A stretch of DNA of 63,962 bases, the filler included, from Trypethelium eluteriae (taxonomy: Eukaryota): the NCBI GenBank assembly GCA_051942245.1. It is 4 parts of 4 records of this genome, joined end to end, with 100 filler letters (N's around TTAATTAATTAA, not from the genome) between each part and the next. Parts side by side here need not be neighbours in the genome. Positions count along the whole stretch, not along the records: positions 1 to 16,101 come from JAVECL010000631.1; positions 16,202 to 32,221 come from JAVECL010000632.1; 2 more parts are not named here. One strand, given 5' to 3'. The position numbers and the translations under genes are program-made. Below the pieces are notes generated by a model. That model was not told the origin of the DNA and made no database searches. It saw only the letters and a program-made list of their open reading frames with translations. This document shows positions 14,994-26,815 of the stretch, one piece after another. Within the stretch, counting starts at the first letter, position 1, and each line of letters starts with the position of its first letter.

Positions 14994-16101
14994 ATGAGCG
15001 CAATCCTATCCGCGGATGATCTGAATGATTTTATTACCCCAGGTGTCGCATGCATCAAACCAGTCGAAACTTTACCAAATCAAAGACCGGATGACTCGGC
15101 GGTATGTCCGCCATAAAACACACAAATCGGTGGGCAACAAGGCTGACGTTCAAGCTCCAGAATCCGTATGAAGTCACCACCGAGGACAAGGTCGATGCGT
15201 CGAAAGCTGCCCCAGCGCAAATAACCCTAACCGATTGCCTCGCCTGCTCTGGCTGTGTAACTTCTGCTGAAGCAGTCCTCGTGTCCTTACAATCGCAAAC
15301 GGAAGTTCTGACCACACTTGACACTTATCCTCCTTTGTCTCTAGAAAACCAATTTGGAAATGGCGGCAGCAGTAAAGTCAACAGCAATAATGGCGCGACG
15401 GAGAGAAAGCTTTTTATCGCGAGCGTCAGTCCTCAAGTCAGAGCCAGTGTGGCAGCTACCTATGGAGTCAGTGAGCGTCAGGCAGGGAACATGATCGACC
15501 GACTGCTAAGCGGTTCCGAAGGTCTCAAATCCGGAGGAACATACGGGAGCGGGTTTCAATGGGTATTTGATACCAACACTACGCGGGAAGCTACACTTGT
15601 CCTCGCCGCCGAAGAGGTTAATGTGGCCACCTCTGAGTCTGAAACGCCTGCATCAAATGGTCATACGATAGCTGAGTCGTCCCTGTCGCCCAAAAAACCA
15701 ATCTTAACATCAGCATGTCCTGGTTGGATCTGCTACGCTGAGAAGACGCACCCGCATATTCTACCTCACCTCTCACGGCTAAAATCACCTCAAGCTCTTA
15801 TCGGCTCTCTACTCAAATCCGTCCTCAGCCAGCAATATGGAATACCACCAGATCGCATATGGCACTTAGCAGTGATGCCGTGCTTCGACAAGAAGCTGGA
15901 AGCCTCGCGCGCCGAACTCACAGACACCTCATGGCAGCCGAGTCTTTCCGACACAGAGGCCAGATCGCCCGTTCGCGACGTCGACTGCGTCATCACAGCC
16001 CGCGAACTCCTAATGCTCGCCGACGACCGCGGCATCTCCTTCCCCACCCTCTCCAAATCCCCCCTGCGGCCACGCGATCGACCCTCCTTCCCAGACCCCA
16101 C
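14994..16101 (+). CDS. NAR1: Cytosolic Fe-S cluster assembly factor Nar1 (hydrogenase-like), truncated by assembly gap
   Basis: [68 protein letters not shown]. One intron; runs into the N spacer. Confidence 0.95.
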
Positions 16102-16201
16102 NNNNNNNNNNNNNNNNNNNNNNNNNNNNNNNNNNNNNNNNNNNNTTAATTAATTAANNNNNNNNNNNNNNNNNNNNNNNNNNNNNNNNNNNNNNNNNNN
16201 N
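16102..16201. other. Artificial contig spacer (44 N + TTAATTAATTAA + 44 N)
   Basis: Identical 100-nt spacer occurs three times; the 12-mer places stops in all six frames. Confidence 0.98.
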
Positions 16202-16507
16202 GTTATGGAACGGGAGGAGATTCTGGCGAAGGGGAGTTGAGGGGGAGCTGGTGGGCGGTTGGGTTGAGTTTGGCGTCACGGACTACGGCATAAGCATGTG
16301 CATACATGCTTCAGATGGGACGGTTGTAGGATGCTTGGATGGTAAGTTTCTAGGCTTTTGTTTTATCATTGGTTACATCCGCTAAGAATAATTGCCAGAT
16401 GCGATACTATATCAGTTCCGGAACGCCGTATGGGGTGCTTGGAGCCTGTATGCCACGCCGAGCTCCTGAAACATGCTATACATGAAGTACGTCAAAGAAA
16501 CGGTCTT

Positions 16508-18223
16508 TTAGTCATCGGTCTCGAAGACTTGACTGTAGCTTCCGCGACATACTTCTTCCCAGGGTATCCAATCTCCTGATTCCGTACGTGCCCCCCGTCT
16601 TTCCGTCTCTTTATCAAACCAAACGATGTCGCCATTGGGATGATCCACGTCAACAGCGATTGGACGTTTTGAGGGCAAAATATTTGCTTTTATGAGCGGA
16701 GTCAATTCGGGCTGGAACCACATCTTCCGCCACCATTCATATCTCCGCGTAGTCCTGCCATTCATTTCATTGTCGTATAGGATGGCAGGGACAACACCTG
16801 TGCGAACGTTGGTCAGGAGCGGAAGATCACTCCAAGTGCTATTTAGCAGATCAATCTCAAAAGCGTTGAAAGCAAAGAATGGTGGACGTGCGAGCACGAG
16901 GTCTTCTGGAAGCGCAGTGATTCGTGGTGGCCGTACATGGAGGTGTTGTGAGGCGTTTTTAAGGTCATCCGCGGAGTTGTAGCGGACCCACGCAGAATCG
17001 TCTTGCGCGTACGCGCTTGGATGCGATATTAGACCCAAATAGTCCAGACCAATTCCAAATTCAAGCGGCTTCCCTCGATAGTCATCCATTGTGCGATATG
17101 TGGGGTCAGTTGCGAGACCCCTTGCTTTTTCCCGCTCAGGCCGAAGCCAATTTGTGAGGCTTTTCATGCGCGAATGACGTGCCGCCATGACCTTGCGCTG
17201 ATACTCTTGCTCGCCATATATTTCATTGAAGATTCGCTGTAGGTCTGTCTTGTCTCCCACTGCGTTTGATTTTTTGCCCGCACGCCTGTAAAGCGCTCGC
17301 ATCTCTTTCACGGGCCCAACTATTACACCACTATATTGCAAATACTTCGGGGGGACATGGGATACTTGAATCTCGGGATTGGAGTTCTTGCGGTCAGTAT
17401 ACATATTGTAACGCTCCTGGGATAGTGGCGAATCCGGCACAGCATAGCAGGCTGGTTCTTCCTCACTATTCGGTTTACAGAACTCGTCTGCAGTAAACAA
17501 AATTGTCTGCTTGATGCCTTCCGCATCTGCAGCCTTTCCCATGCTTCTTTTGATGCGTTTGTTGGCCTGCTCGTTGATTCGATGGTAACGTTGGATCAAT
17601 ACGTCCGGAGGAAGTTGAAACCACGCATCGGATCCGCTGGCGACAATGACAAGGTCTCGATCGCGGTCGCTGCCCAAATCTTGAAGGTAATGCAAGATCG
17701 CAAACAAGGTAGACATGTGGACACCACCGCCGACCATGTCGCGGCTATTGAACACTTGACCCCAAAGGTGCATTGTCGGGACGGGATACCCAAGCACGAG
17801 AGCGCTGAGCATTGCTCTGCAGGAGTCTACAGTACCAGTAGCAGTAGGTCTCAGCAGATGAAGATATGCAGACGTTGGCGCTTCTGTACGAGGTTCCGGA
17901 ACGACGATGTGTTCCTAATACGTGTCAGATCTTCGGCTGGAAAATCAACATCGGGGATTCTCGACAAAGTCTCTCTCCAACAGCTTTGTGGAGATACTGC
18001 ACATGAGGAGATTCAGACTTACAGAAGCGGCTCCGACTGCGAGAACGAGAGCGCCGACAAATGCGACCACGCCCAGGAGCACTTTTCGTGAACGTCCGTT
18101 CTGCCATGTCGCAGGAATCAAGACCCGCAGAGTATCCCATGTACCCGACGGAAAGTCCCTGGAATCAACTTCAGAACCTCGCAGCCTGGTGTAGTGTCCA
18201 TTTATGAAGGAGGACAGACCCAT
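16508..18223 (-). CDS. Type II membrane glycosyltransferase-like protein (ESAG3-like / lysyl-hydroxylase GT-domain-like fungal family), paralog A with degenerate motifs
   Basis: N-terminal TM anchor (VLLGVVAFVGALVLAVGAA); intron at about 18022-17915. Family blocks YLHLL-P, SALVLGYPVP, DAWFQLPPDVLIQRY, FGIGLDY and WWRKMWF align with 24829-26642. Confidence 0.75.
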
Positions 18224-18979
18224 GGCGGTACGGTCAGGGTCACGATCGCTGGTGCAGATGCTATTCGGAGGACGACGGGAATCATTCTTTCATTCTTCCA
18301 TTCGGATTCAGACGTTGGTGTTGTATTCCTCAACCTGAGTCAGGGGCGATGAGATGCGTGGATTTCACTCGGACAATTTTGGCTGTTGCCGGTCAAAGAA
18401 AAGGAAAGATGACATCTTTAAGGGCTCCCACCAAGTCTTGGTGTCCCCTCTCTGAATCGTGCATAATGTATGCAAGGGCCCAGCTCGGGCCGACAGGGAT
18501 CCCCTGAAGTTCACTAACTGCGGAGTAACTTAATTCGTGGTCCTATTACTTGATATTGGTATCCGTCTTAAACAGTAATAGTAAGATTACGCGGTTTCCC
18601 GGCGTTCAAAAACGCCTTAGTCAGATCAAAACGGATCTTGGCACAGCTACAGCTTGGCACCTTGGAATGCCAAGATGTTCATGCACGACTTATGCAGCTC
18701 GCCGGTCACCTACGAACAACTCATCGCTTACTAGATTCACTACAAACAACGAAAGAGAGCATCCCTCTCTGCGAGTTGACTAGGTGCTAAAATCCACTTC
18801 GTACTTACACGCGGCGACTGTCCATTGCGAAATGCGCAGAAGATGAAAATGCATGGCACCCTTGGGCTCTCCCGAAGCATACTATCTATCGAAAGCAAAC
18901 CCCTCTCGCCGTAACGCCTGCTGGAGAGTGAGGAAGTCCTTGAATGCAATGCGGCCGAATCAATTCTGTCAACTATGTG

Positions 18980-20733
18980 CTACTCCAGTATCGAGCTACT
19001 GGCTTTGGGAGTCCCGCTCTTGCCAATACACTCGACTCTGAATCCGAGAGCCTCGAGTTTGTCCACATCGACCACATTCCTACCGTCAAAAACGAACATG
19101 GGCTTTTTCATGAGACCAGCTACATGTTGCCAGTCCATTCTTGACGACAGATTGCCGTCCTCAGCAGTGCCATTCGCTATATGACCATTACTGAGATTGC
19201 TAAGGTTCTTGTCTTTGTTGACAGGTTCAGACTGGACGAGTCCATTTACAGTAGCGGTGTCTTTCACTTGCGGGATTGTACCACTGGTTGGTACTCTCTC
19301 CAAAAGTGGTCCTTTGCCGTTTAGTCGAAGCCCACTGGCGGTTGGGGGACTGTTCCCTTGAGTAGTCGAGTGGTCCTTGTTGCTAAACTCGTCCCATTCT
19401 GTGAGAATTACAGCAGCGTGCGAATCTGTGCAGGCTTCGTAGGCACTGGTGCATACACTGACACGTCTCTTGAGCAACGTAATGTCGCTGGCAGTGGCTT
19501 TCAAGTCCTGCCAGATTTGCTCTTCTTTGACTCGGGGATCATAAATGCGAATGTCGGCTTGTTCGAGAACCAGGCTATTGACCACAGAGATTGCTGCTGT
19601 TTCCCGAGTGTCTCCTGTGTTCTTCTTGTAAGCGAAGCCCAGAATCGCTATCCTCTTATTCGTGAGGGAATGATACAGGCACTTAGTTATTCGCCGAGTA
19701 AAACGGTCCTTTTGATATTCGTTGATGTCCACGACTGATCGCCAATATGCAGCGACTTCGGGGAGATGAAGTGTATCGGAGATGTAAGCCAAACTGAGGA
19801 TATCTTTCTTGAAGCAGGAGCCGCCGAAACCAACAGACGCCTTCAACATTCGTGGCCCTATTCTTGTGTCTTTTCCACACGCGTACGCAACTTCATCTAT
19901 ATCAGCACCGGTGGCTTCGCAAATGGCGCTGAGAGCATTGACACTACTGATACGTTGTGCTAGCAGCGCATTTGCAGCGATCTTCGTCAGTTCTGATGAC
20001 CAGAGATTGATGGTCATGATTCGGTCTCGTGGGATCCATGCGGCGTATACACTGGAGAGCACTTCGGCAGCTTGGAAACCCCGTTCGCTTCGGAGAGAGC
20101 CGATTAGTATTCGGTCTGGATGAAGGAGATCATTGATTGCGGTGCCCTCAGCTAGGAATTCCGGGTTGGAGAGAATTTCAAAGCGCACTCCCGGCCGTCC
20201 CGTTGCTGCCAGAATCTCCCGAATGGTTTCTGCGGTTTTGCATGGTACAGTGCTCTTTTCGATGACAATCTTGTCACTCTCCGAGACTTCAGCAATCTTG
20301 CGAGTTGCAGATTCCACATAGCCAAGGTCGCAAGCGTGCCCGGCCCCGGTTCCCGTGTATTTCGTTGGTGTATTGACGCTGATGAAGATCAAGTCGGCTG
20401 CTCTGACGGCGGCATCGACATCGGTGGAGAAGAAGAGATTCGGACTGCGCTCGCCATCGGCGCCGTCCCGAGCAGACTTGACATACTTTAGAAGTTCTGG
20501 CTCATATACTGGAAGGTCGTCAGTGTTCCATGCTCGTATTCGCGCTTCGTTCAGATCAACGACAGTGACTTCGATGTCAGGATTCTTGTCTGCGATTACA
20601 GCGCACGTTGGGCCGCCCTACATAAAGCAACGTTAGTGTCTGAACGGGGTCCGTTGCAGTTGCAAGTTCCTCATACTACGTAACCGGCGCCGATACAGCA
20701 AATTTTTCTGACGTTTCTGGGTGACGATATCAT
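18980..20733 (-). CDS. UGD1: UDP-glucose 6-dehydrogenase
   Basis: KICCIGAGY|VGGPT Rossmann motif; IEKSTVP; SNPEFLAEG; catalytic GFGGSCFKKD; GFAYKKNTGDTRE; FVFDGRN. One intron near 20618-20677. Confidence 0.97.
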
Positions 20734-22216
20734 CGTAATGAGTGACAAACTATCAACTTAATCTAGAAGCGGAGCATGCCGTTCTTCAAGAGAGCAGATT
20801 CAGCGAGGACGCGAACGCTTGGCTGCGGCTTCCCGCGTGTTTGTGTTCGAAGCGGAATTATCACCAATCAGATGCCCCGGGTGATGTACAATGATAGCAG
20901 GAGCTCGTTACCCCTAAATTTTCCAGAACATGCACGACTGGGTGCGGTGTGAGTGGAGTAGGCGCTGCGAGTAGCCAAAGGGTGTAAATGGTGCTTAGAG
21001 TCTCACGGACGGGAAGTTACATATGCACATGTTCTGAAGGAGAATGGGAGAGTGAGAGAATGCAAGGGCGGTTGGGGGAACACGCGGCTTGGCAGGCTGG
21101 GCAGCATGATTGAAAAGGAAACGCCACTGGGCATTCGCCGTGGGAAATCAAAGAGGGTCAGTCACGGCATGGTAGGTGGTAGTGTGACGAGATGGGCAAA
21201 GATGGGAAACATGGAAGATGTGGGAGGGGGGTGGAGGGGCCGAGAGGCTTTCAAAGAAAAAAGCCCGTGCCAGCAATGCGGGATGCGGATTCGCGGAGTG
21301 ACCGCTTAAAGCAACTGTTATCCTCCGCGCCTTCCCACTGGACCTGCCACTTCAACGGCCTGGTACGTACTCCGTCCTCGGTACACCGTGTTTCTAATTG
21401 CGGATCGCTTTGTCAACGGCGACTTTTTAAGGTAATCGCAGCCTCTCTGCTGCTGAGCGACCGAGCAACACAACCTCCAGCTCGTTGTTTGAGCTGGCTG
21501 CAGCCTGAGTAGAAGGTCACGTACCTCTCTGTACGGCAGCGCCAGCCCCGGGCTGCGCTTGGTACCTCACCGTGCGTGGGTGCAGTGGGTGCCTCCTTTG
21601 TCCAGCGGACCCATCACCGATGGAAGTTGCCAATCTCCCTCCAGTCAACCAGTTCTGCGCCCACCTCATTACCATGCCACGCTTGCTTCTGCAGGCAGGC
21701 CGGACCAGGCACGAGAACGGGACGCGTGAGTTGCCCTGTTTGTATATTCCCAAGACCTTCCAAGACCCGCCAAGACTGCAACACTAGGTGGCGCTTGCGA
21801 ATCGCAAGTGCGCATGGCGTTTGCTTCTCACTTCATCATTCGTCCGAGCCCTACCGGTCATCGCCAGGCTACTTGGCTTCCGGATACGCTCGTATGCTTA
21901 ATGCTCCCCCGGCTCTGTTCGACCCGCCAAAATTCTCTTGGTGCACTGTGTTGCTTGGGATTAGCCAAGATCTTAACCCACCCGTTGAGTGCCATGGATC
22001 CGGCTTTCAGCACGATAGCATCATAGGCTTGCAGGGTGTAGCCAAACCCTTATCTTGCCTCCTTTAAGTACAATCCGCCCAATCTCCTGCCCCTTGAGTG
22101 CATGCATTTGATTGGGGCGGATTTGCACGGTGAATGGGGCTACATTTCATCTCTTAGACGGCCTGGTCACCGAATATTACTTCGAAGCTGCAGTTTTCCA
22201 GCACACACTCTCGCAC

Positions 22217-23557
22217 ATGACCGATACAATGACCTCAGCTATTGTGACACAGCATATAGAAAATTCTCGCCAAGATGATGACAGCATCAGCCACACGTCT
22301 CTTTCGCTCAAGCCCGCCAGATTACAACTGATGAGCCCCAGCACCTGGCTTCCTTCACCTACATGGTATAGTAGAATGGATGCTTCAGACGAAGAGGACG
22401 ATGAGAAGAGCCAGATGAAAGAGTTACTTGACGATAGGCCTACCGACCTTGAAGCGCAGGCGGCGAAATCGGATCAACAGCCGATCGCTGCTGAATATCT
22501 CGTCTCGGCGCGAGTGAAGTTAGCATGTTTAGCAGGATATTTCATGCTGAACCTCTGCCTGACGATTTACAACAAAGCGGTTCTTGGAAGGTTTCCTTAC
22601 CCATGGCTTATCACAACCCTTCACACGAGTTTCGGAGCAGTAGGCTGCTCTGTACTGCTCGCTCGTGGCCATTTCAAATTGACGAGACTCACAATGCGAT
22701 CTCACGCCATTCTCGTGGGATTCTCTTTCCTGTATACGATCAACATAGCCATCTCTAACGTCTCTCTGTATGTATCCCCACAGTGGAATGAATCAAAAGC
22801 ATCCAGGCTAATCATATATATCACACAGTGCCATGGTCTCCGTACCTTTCCATCAAATCGCCCGCTCGACCTGCCCTATCGCAACTATTCTGATCTATCG
22901 CGCTGTATACTCTAGACGCTACTCGAACGCAACCTACTTATCACTAATTCCCATCATCGCAGGCGTTGGCATGGCGACTTATGGAGACTACTATTTCACC
23001 ACGGTCGGCCTCATATTGACGTTTTTTGGAGTCATTCTTGCTTCGATCAAGGTAACTGCGTATTGGATGTGTGCGCCCTGATTCTCCCTGCTAATGTATA
23101 GCAGACGGTCGTAACAAACCGATTGATGACGGGCGAGCTTGCCTTGCCCCCTCTCGAAATCCTTTTGCGCATGTCCCCGTTAGCTGCGCTGCAATCACTC
23201 ATGTACGCAACTGCAAGTGGTGAAGTCTCGCGTATCATGGTCTCAATAAACGCTGGCGAGATTTCCTCCTTGGCTTGGCTAGCCCTGGCCGGCAATGGAT
23301 TTCTAGCCTTCCTTCTTAACGTTTCCTCATTCCAGACGAACAAGCTAGCTGGGGCCCTGACAATATCGGTCTGCAGCAACTTGAAGCAGTGCCTTACGAT
23401 TCTCCTGGGCATCGTTCTGTTCGACGTCAAAGTGGGCTTATGGAACGGGCTGGGCATGTTAGTGACCCTAGCAGGAGCGGCAGTCTATAGTAAGGTGGAG
23501 CTGGATGCAAAGGCTGCAAAACAAAATACGCAGACTGCCCAAGAGGGCAGCAGTTAG
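22217..23557 (+). CDS. Nucleotide-sugar transporter (TPT/DMT superfamily, DUF250-like)
   Basis: NLCLTIYNKAVLGRFPYPW, NIAISNVSL|AMVSVPFHQ and SSFQTNKLAGALTISVCSNLKQ; about 9-10 hydrophobic segments; two introns. Start ATG uncertain. Confidence 0.9.
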
Positions 23558-24828
23558 ACCAGTCGCATTAAGGCGTTCGTCGGGTTCTTTTCGCATTAAG
23601 ATATCCCCAAGTCAGGAATAATTAGAGCATTGTAGCGCATGAATTCTATCGTCTTACATTCGCTTGGCATTGACCATGAGGATCTGACTGCCTACCTAGG
23701 TACGTGCTAAGCGTGCTTGATCATCAACCCCCACAAAGGCCACCAGCCTCTACCGCGTACCTGCAGATGTGCCAGAAAGCGAACGCGCTGCAAGTCCTGC
23801 CGCTCTGCGCGTCATGCCCAGGGACCTGAACTTTAGATCTGTGGCAGCAGAGGCTTGGATGATTGCATGTTTGGCGTAGACGACATTGGAAATTATTGCT
23901 TGGGATTCCGCCCCTGGTAAACTTACCGAGTCTCGTATTCCATCGACACCGATCATTTCCGGGTGGAGATAAAGGACGGCCAGGCTCGAGCTTCCTCTAG
24001 TGTGCTAAAGTATCCGAGACATCCAATCTGCCAGGCAGCATTACATAGGCGCAAAAAAAATCAATGGCATGTCGTCTGGCCACTAGTAGATCAGCAGTAG
24101 GAGCCTACCACCCTGCTCCGGTTTTTAGAAGGGCCTTCTCATTGGGCAGAACGCGGCTGACTAGTTAAGCTCCCGCCTACAATGCCGGATTTTCCAAGGT
24201 CAGCCGGCTCCTTCTTGGCAAGCGACCGCTATAGCTACGCCCATCATTGTAGAGTATGGTCTCACCGTCTCTTGCGAGGGCAAGGCTTGCGAGGGGAAGA
24301 GAACACGTTGTAGACAAAGGCACTTCCGTGGCGCCCCGGCTCAGGTCAGCTCAGTCAAATTGCAGGTGCGACATGCATCTGCAGAAGGTGCAGTGGTGGC
24401 AGGGCAGCAGGTATTTCAATGGCTACCTTAGGTATACTTTTGGGGCGCTGTCGCCATCCGTGGACACCATGGCACAATTGGCGCTAAGGGAAAGCCCCGG
24501 TGTCACGCGAGCTCACGCCTGCCAAGGTTGGCACTCACGCCTCAGACCCTTAGACGCTACCGTATCTGCTAATTAAGGAGGTAAGTATCTAACTCCGTAC
24601 TGTCTGTGGTACTCTACTGGGTGCCTTAGGTAAGGTAGACACCTTATCACCCATAATTGTAATGTGTCTTACCGGGAATGAGTCCGTCGCTTCCCGCCGG
24701 CCGAGGCGGCACTGGGGCTCCTGTCAACATCCCACGCCATCCTAGCCTGTCTGCGGTGGTGTCTTTTGAACAAGACCTTTTCGTTGCTCAGCATGGTTCT
24801 ACTGATCCCCAATACCTCTGACGAGTAG

Positions 24829-26642
24829 ATGTATGCAGCGATTCTTCCGCGACAGCGCCTAGTCCTGGTTGGGCTGGCGCTGAGTCTGCTCTCAGTCTTC
24901 CTGCTCTACTCTTTGTTCGGCCGTTCGGTACGTTATCCTCACTCACCAATCACCTGGATTGCATCTTGACCTAACATATCTTGTAGCTCTCGTCTTTTCA
25001 TACTGCACTTCAGGCGAATCCAGATGCAATAGCAGCTCGTGAAGCAAACCTGCATCTAATCATTCCTACAACCAAAAGCGAATTTTACTTCTGCCAACTC
25101 CTTTTCTCTGCCACCGTTCTAGGCTGGCCTCATCCAACTCTGATTGGCTGGGGACTTCAACCCAAGGAGGGCGACCCGGACGGAAAGGTTTCCCACATAT
25201 TCAAGGTTTCCAGGACGTTAGAATACTTTAACAGCTTACCTGCAGACCAAGATGATGACTTGGTCCTTCTCATCGATGCCTATGATGTTTGGTTCCAGCT
25301 GCGCCCAGACGTCCTCATACAGCGGTACTATTCCATGAGGGATGCTGCAAACCAACGTCTCATTTCTGAACTCGGCCCATCAATAGTAGCAAAGCACGGC
25401 CTGCGTCAGACAATCTTCTTTAACGCTGACAAGACGCTATGGCCAAGTATGGACACATCAACATTCCTATGGTGGCTACCAAATTCAACGCTGCCGGAGT
25501 ATGCTTTTGGCCCAGAGACAGACAAGGGTGACCACTGGATGGATCGACCACGCTGGTTGAACTCTGGCGCCATCATAGGCCCACTGGGTGACATGCGGCG
25601 TCTGTTCAATGCTACCTTGAATAAAATCAATCTTGAGTTCAATGAGACAGTTTTTCAACATTCTGATCAGCTTTATCTCTCTGAGATCTGGTCCAATCAA
25701 GAATACGCGCGAATGTTGCTAGGACCCAACCGATCTCTTGTTGAGGAGCATTCACAAGACATGGCACTCCTGGCCTCAGATCAGGAAACCGAATATCATA
25801 TCTCACTAGATTACAAGTCCGAGTTATTCTTGGCCAATGCTTTCTATGAGGATTTTCTCGCCTGGATGACTTTCCCCACCCCGAAAAAGCAGCCGTCCCA
25901 TCAAATCATGCTCGCGCCATATCAGATAGACCTTTCTGAGGACATCCTCTCCTCTCCGCATCCTTTCTCCGTCATCTCTTCGGCTTTGGATAATGACGAA
26001 GCATACCTAGATTCGTCTGTCGACTCACTTGTTGCAAACACCAGCTGGAGGGACATCGAGCTGGGTACTAACCTGATAACCAATCAAGTCTTCCCTCTTA
26101 TCCATATGACCGGAAACAAAGACTATCGGGATACCTGGTGGGAGAGGATGTGGTACTTCCCCTACAGTCGAGCGCTGCTAACTGCTGCGGCTATTGCATC
26201 ACCAGACGACTTTATCACCCGGACATCAGCTGACGGGCGTATCTGGCGAGCTGCTAACAGACCGCCTAATGCAACAGAAAAATCGCCCAACGATACGATT
26301 GGCGCGTGGTCAGCGGAAGGGAAATGGCTACCATGGCACGGGCCCGATGGCCTTTGCGAAATATATGAAGACTATTTGTTTGGACAGCTAGCACCTCCAC
26401 CCCCCGAGAACCTGGGCGTAACGACCCGTAGAGAGACGAAGTTGCCATTCAGCCAAGATCATACTTCTACTACGCAAGAATCATTGGTTGTCACAGTAGA
26501 CCAGCAGCAGCGCCCGCCACACACTCAAACCGCAAAGACACCTTCCAGCAATGAGACGTCGAAGCCGAAACCAGTCCCAACAAGTACTTCCAGTCCGAAT
26601 GCACCGGATCATACCCAGGCAAGCAAGCCGCAAAAGACTTGA
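24829..26642 (+). CDS. Type II membrane glycosyltransferase-like protein (ESAG3-like / LH GT-domain-like), paralog B with intact motifs
   Basis: MYAAILPRQR + TM anchor LVLVGLALSLLSVFLLYSLF; intron at about 24928-24986. Motifs LHLIIP, LLIDAYDVWFQL, RWLNSG, SDQ, LIHMTG and WWERMWY. S/T/P-rich C-tail. Confidence 0.8.
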
Positions 26643-26815
26643 CCGAACTATTTTGGTGCTTGCCTGGGTTACAATAGCTCAATTTTCACAAAAGGAGCTA
26701 AACAATGGTCCATTACCATCAAAACAATACGATATGGATTTACGAAGAAGAGGTATATCTATCAAGACAAGAAAGAAATGGATCAAAGCAACACTCAAAC
26801 ACCAGGATAGTAGAT

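Noticed and set aside
15222..15232. TAACCCTAACC, matching a TTAGGG telomerase RNA template in a window containing TERT
   Set aside because: It lies in the conserved NAR1 coding sequence (ATA ACC CTA ACC = ITLT before DCLAC), so it is a coincidental codon match.
16102..16201. TTAATTAATTAA palindromic element repeated three times
   Set aside because: Always centred in 44+44 N; it is an assembly spacer with stops in six frames, not biological.
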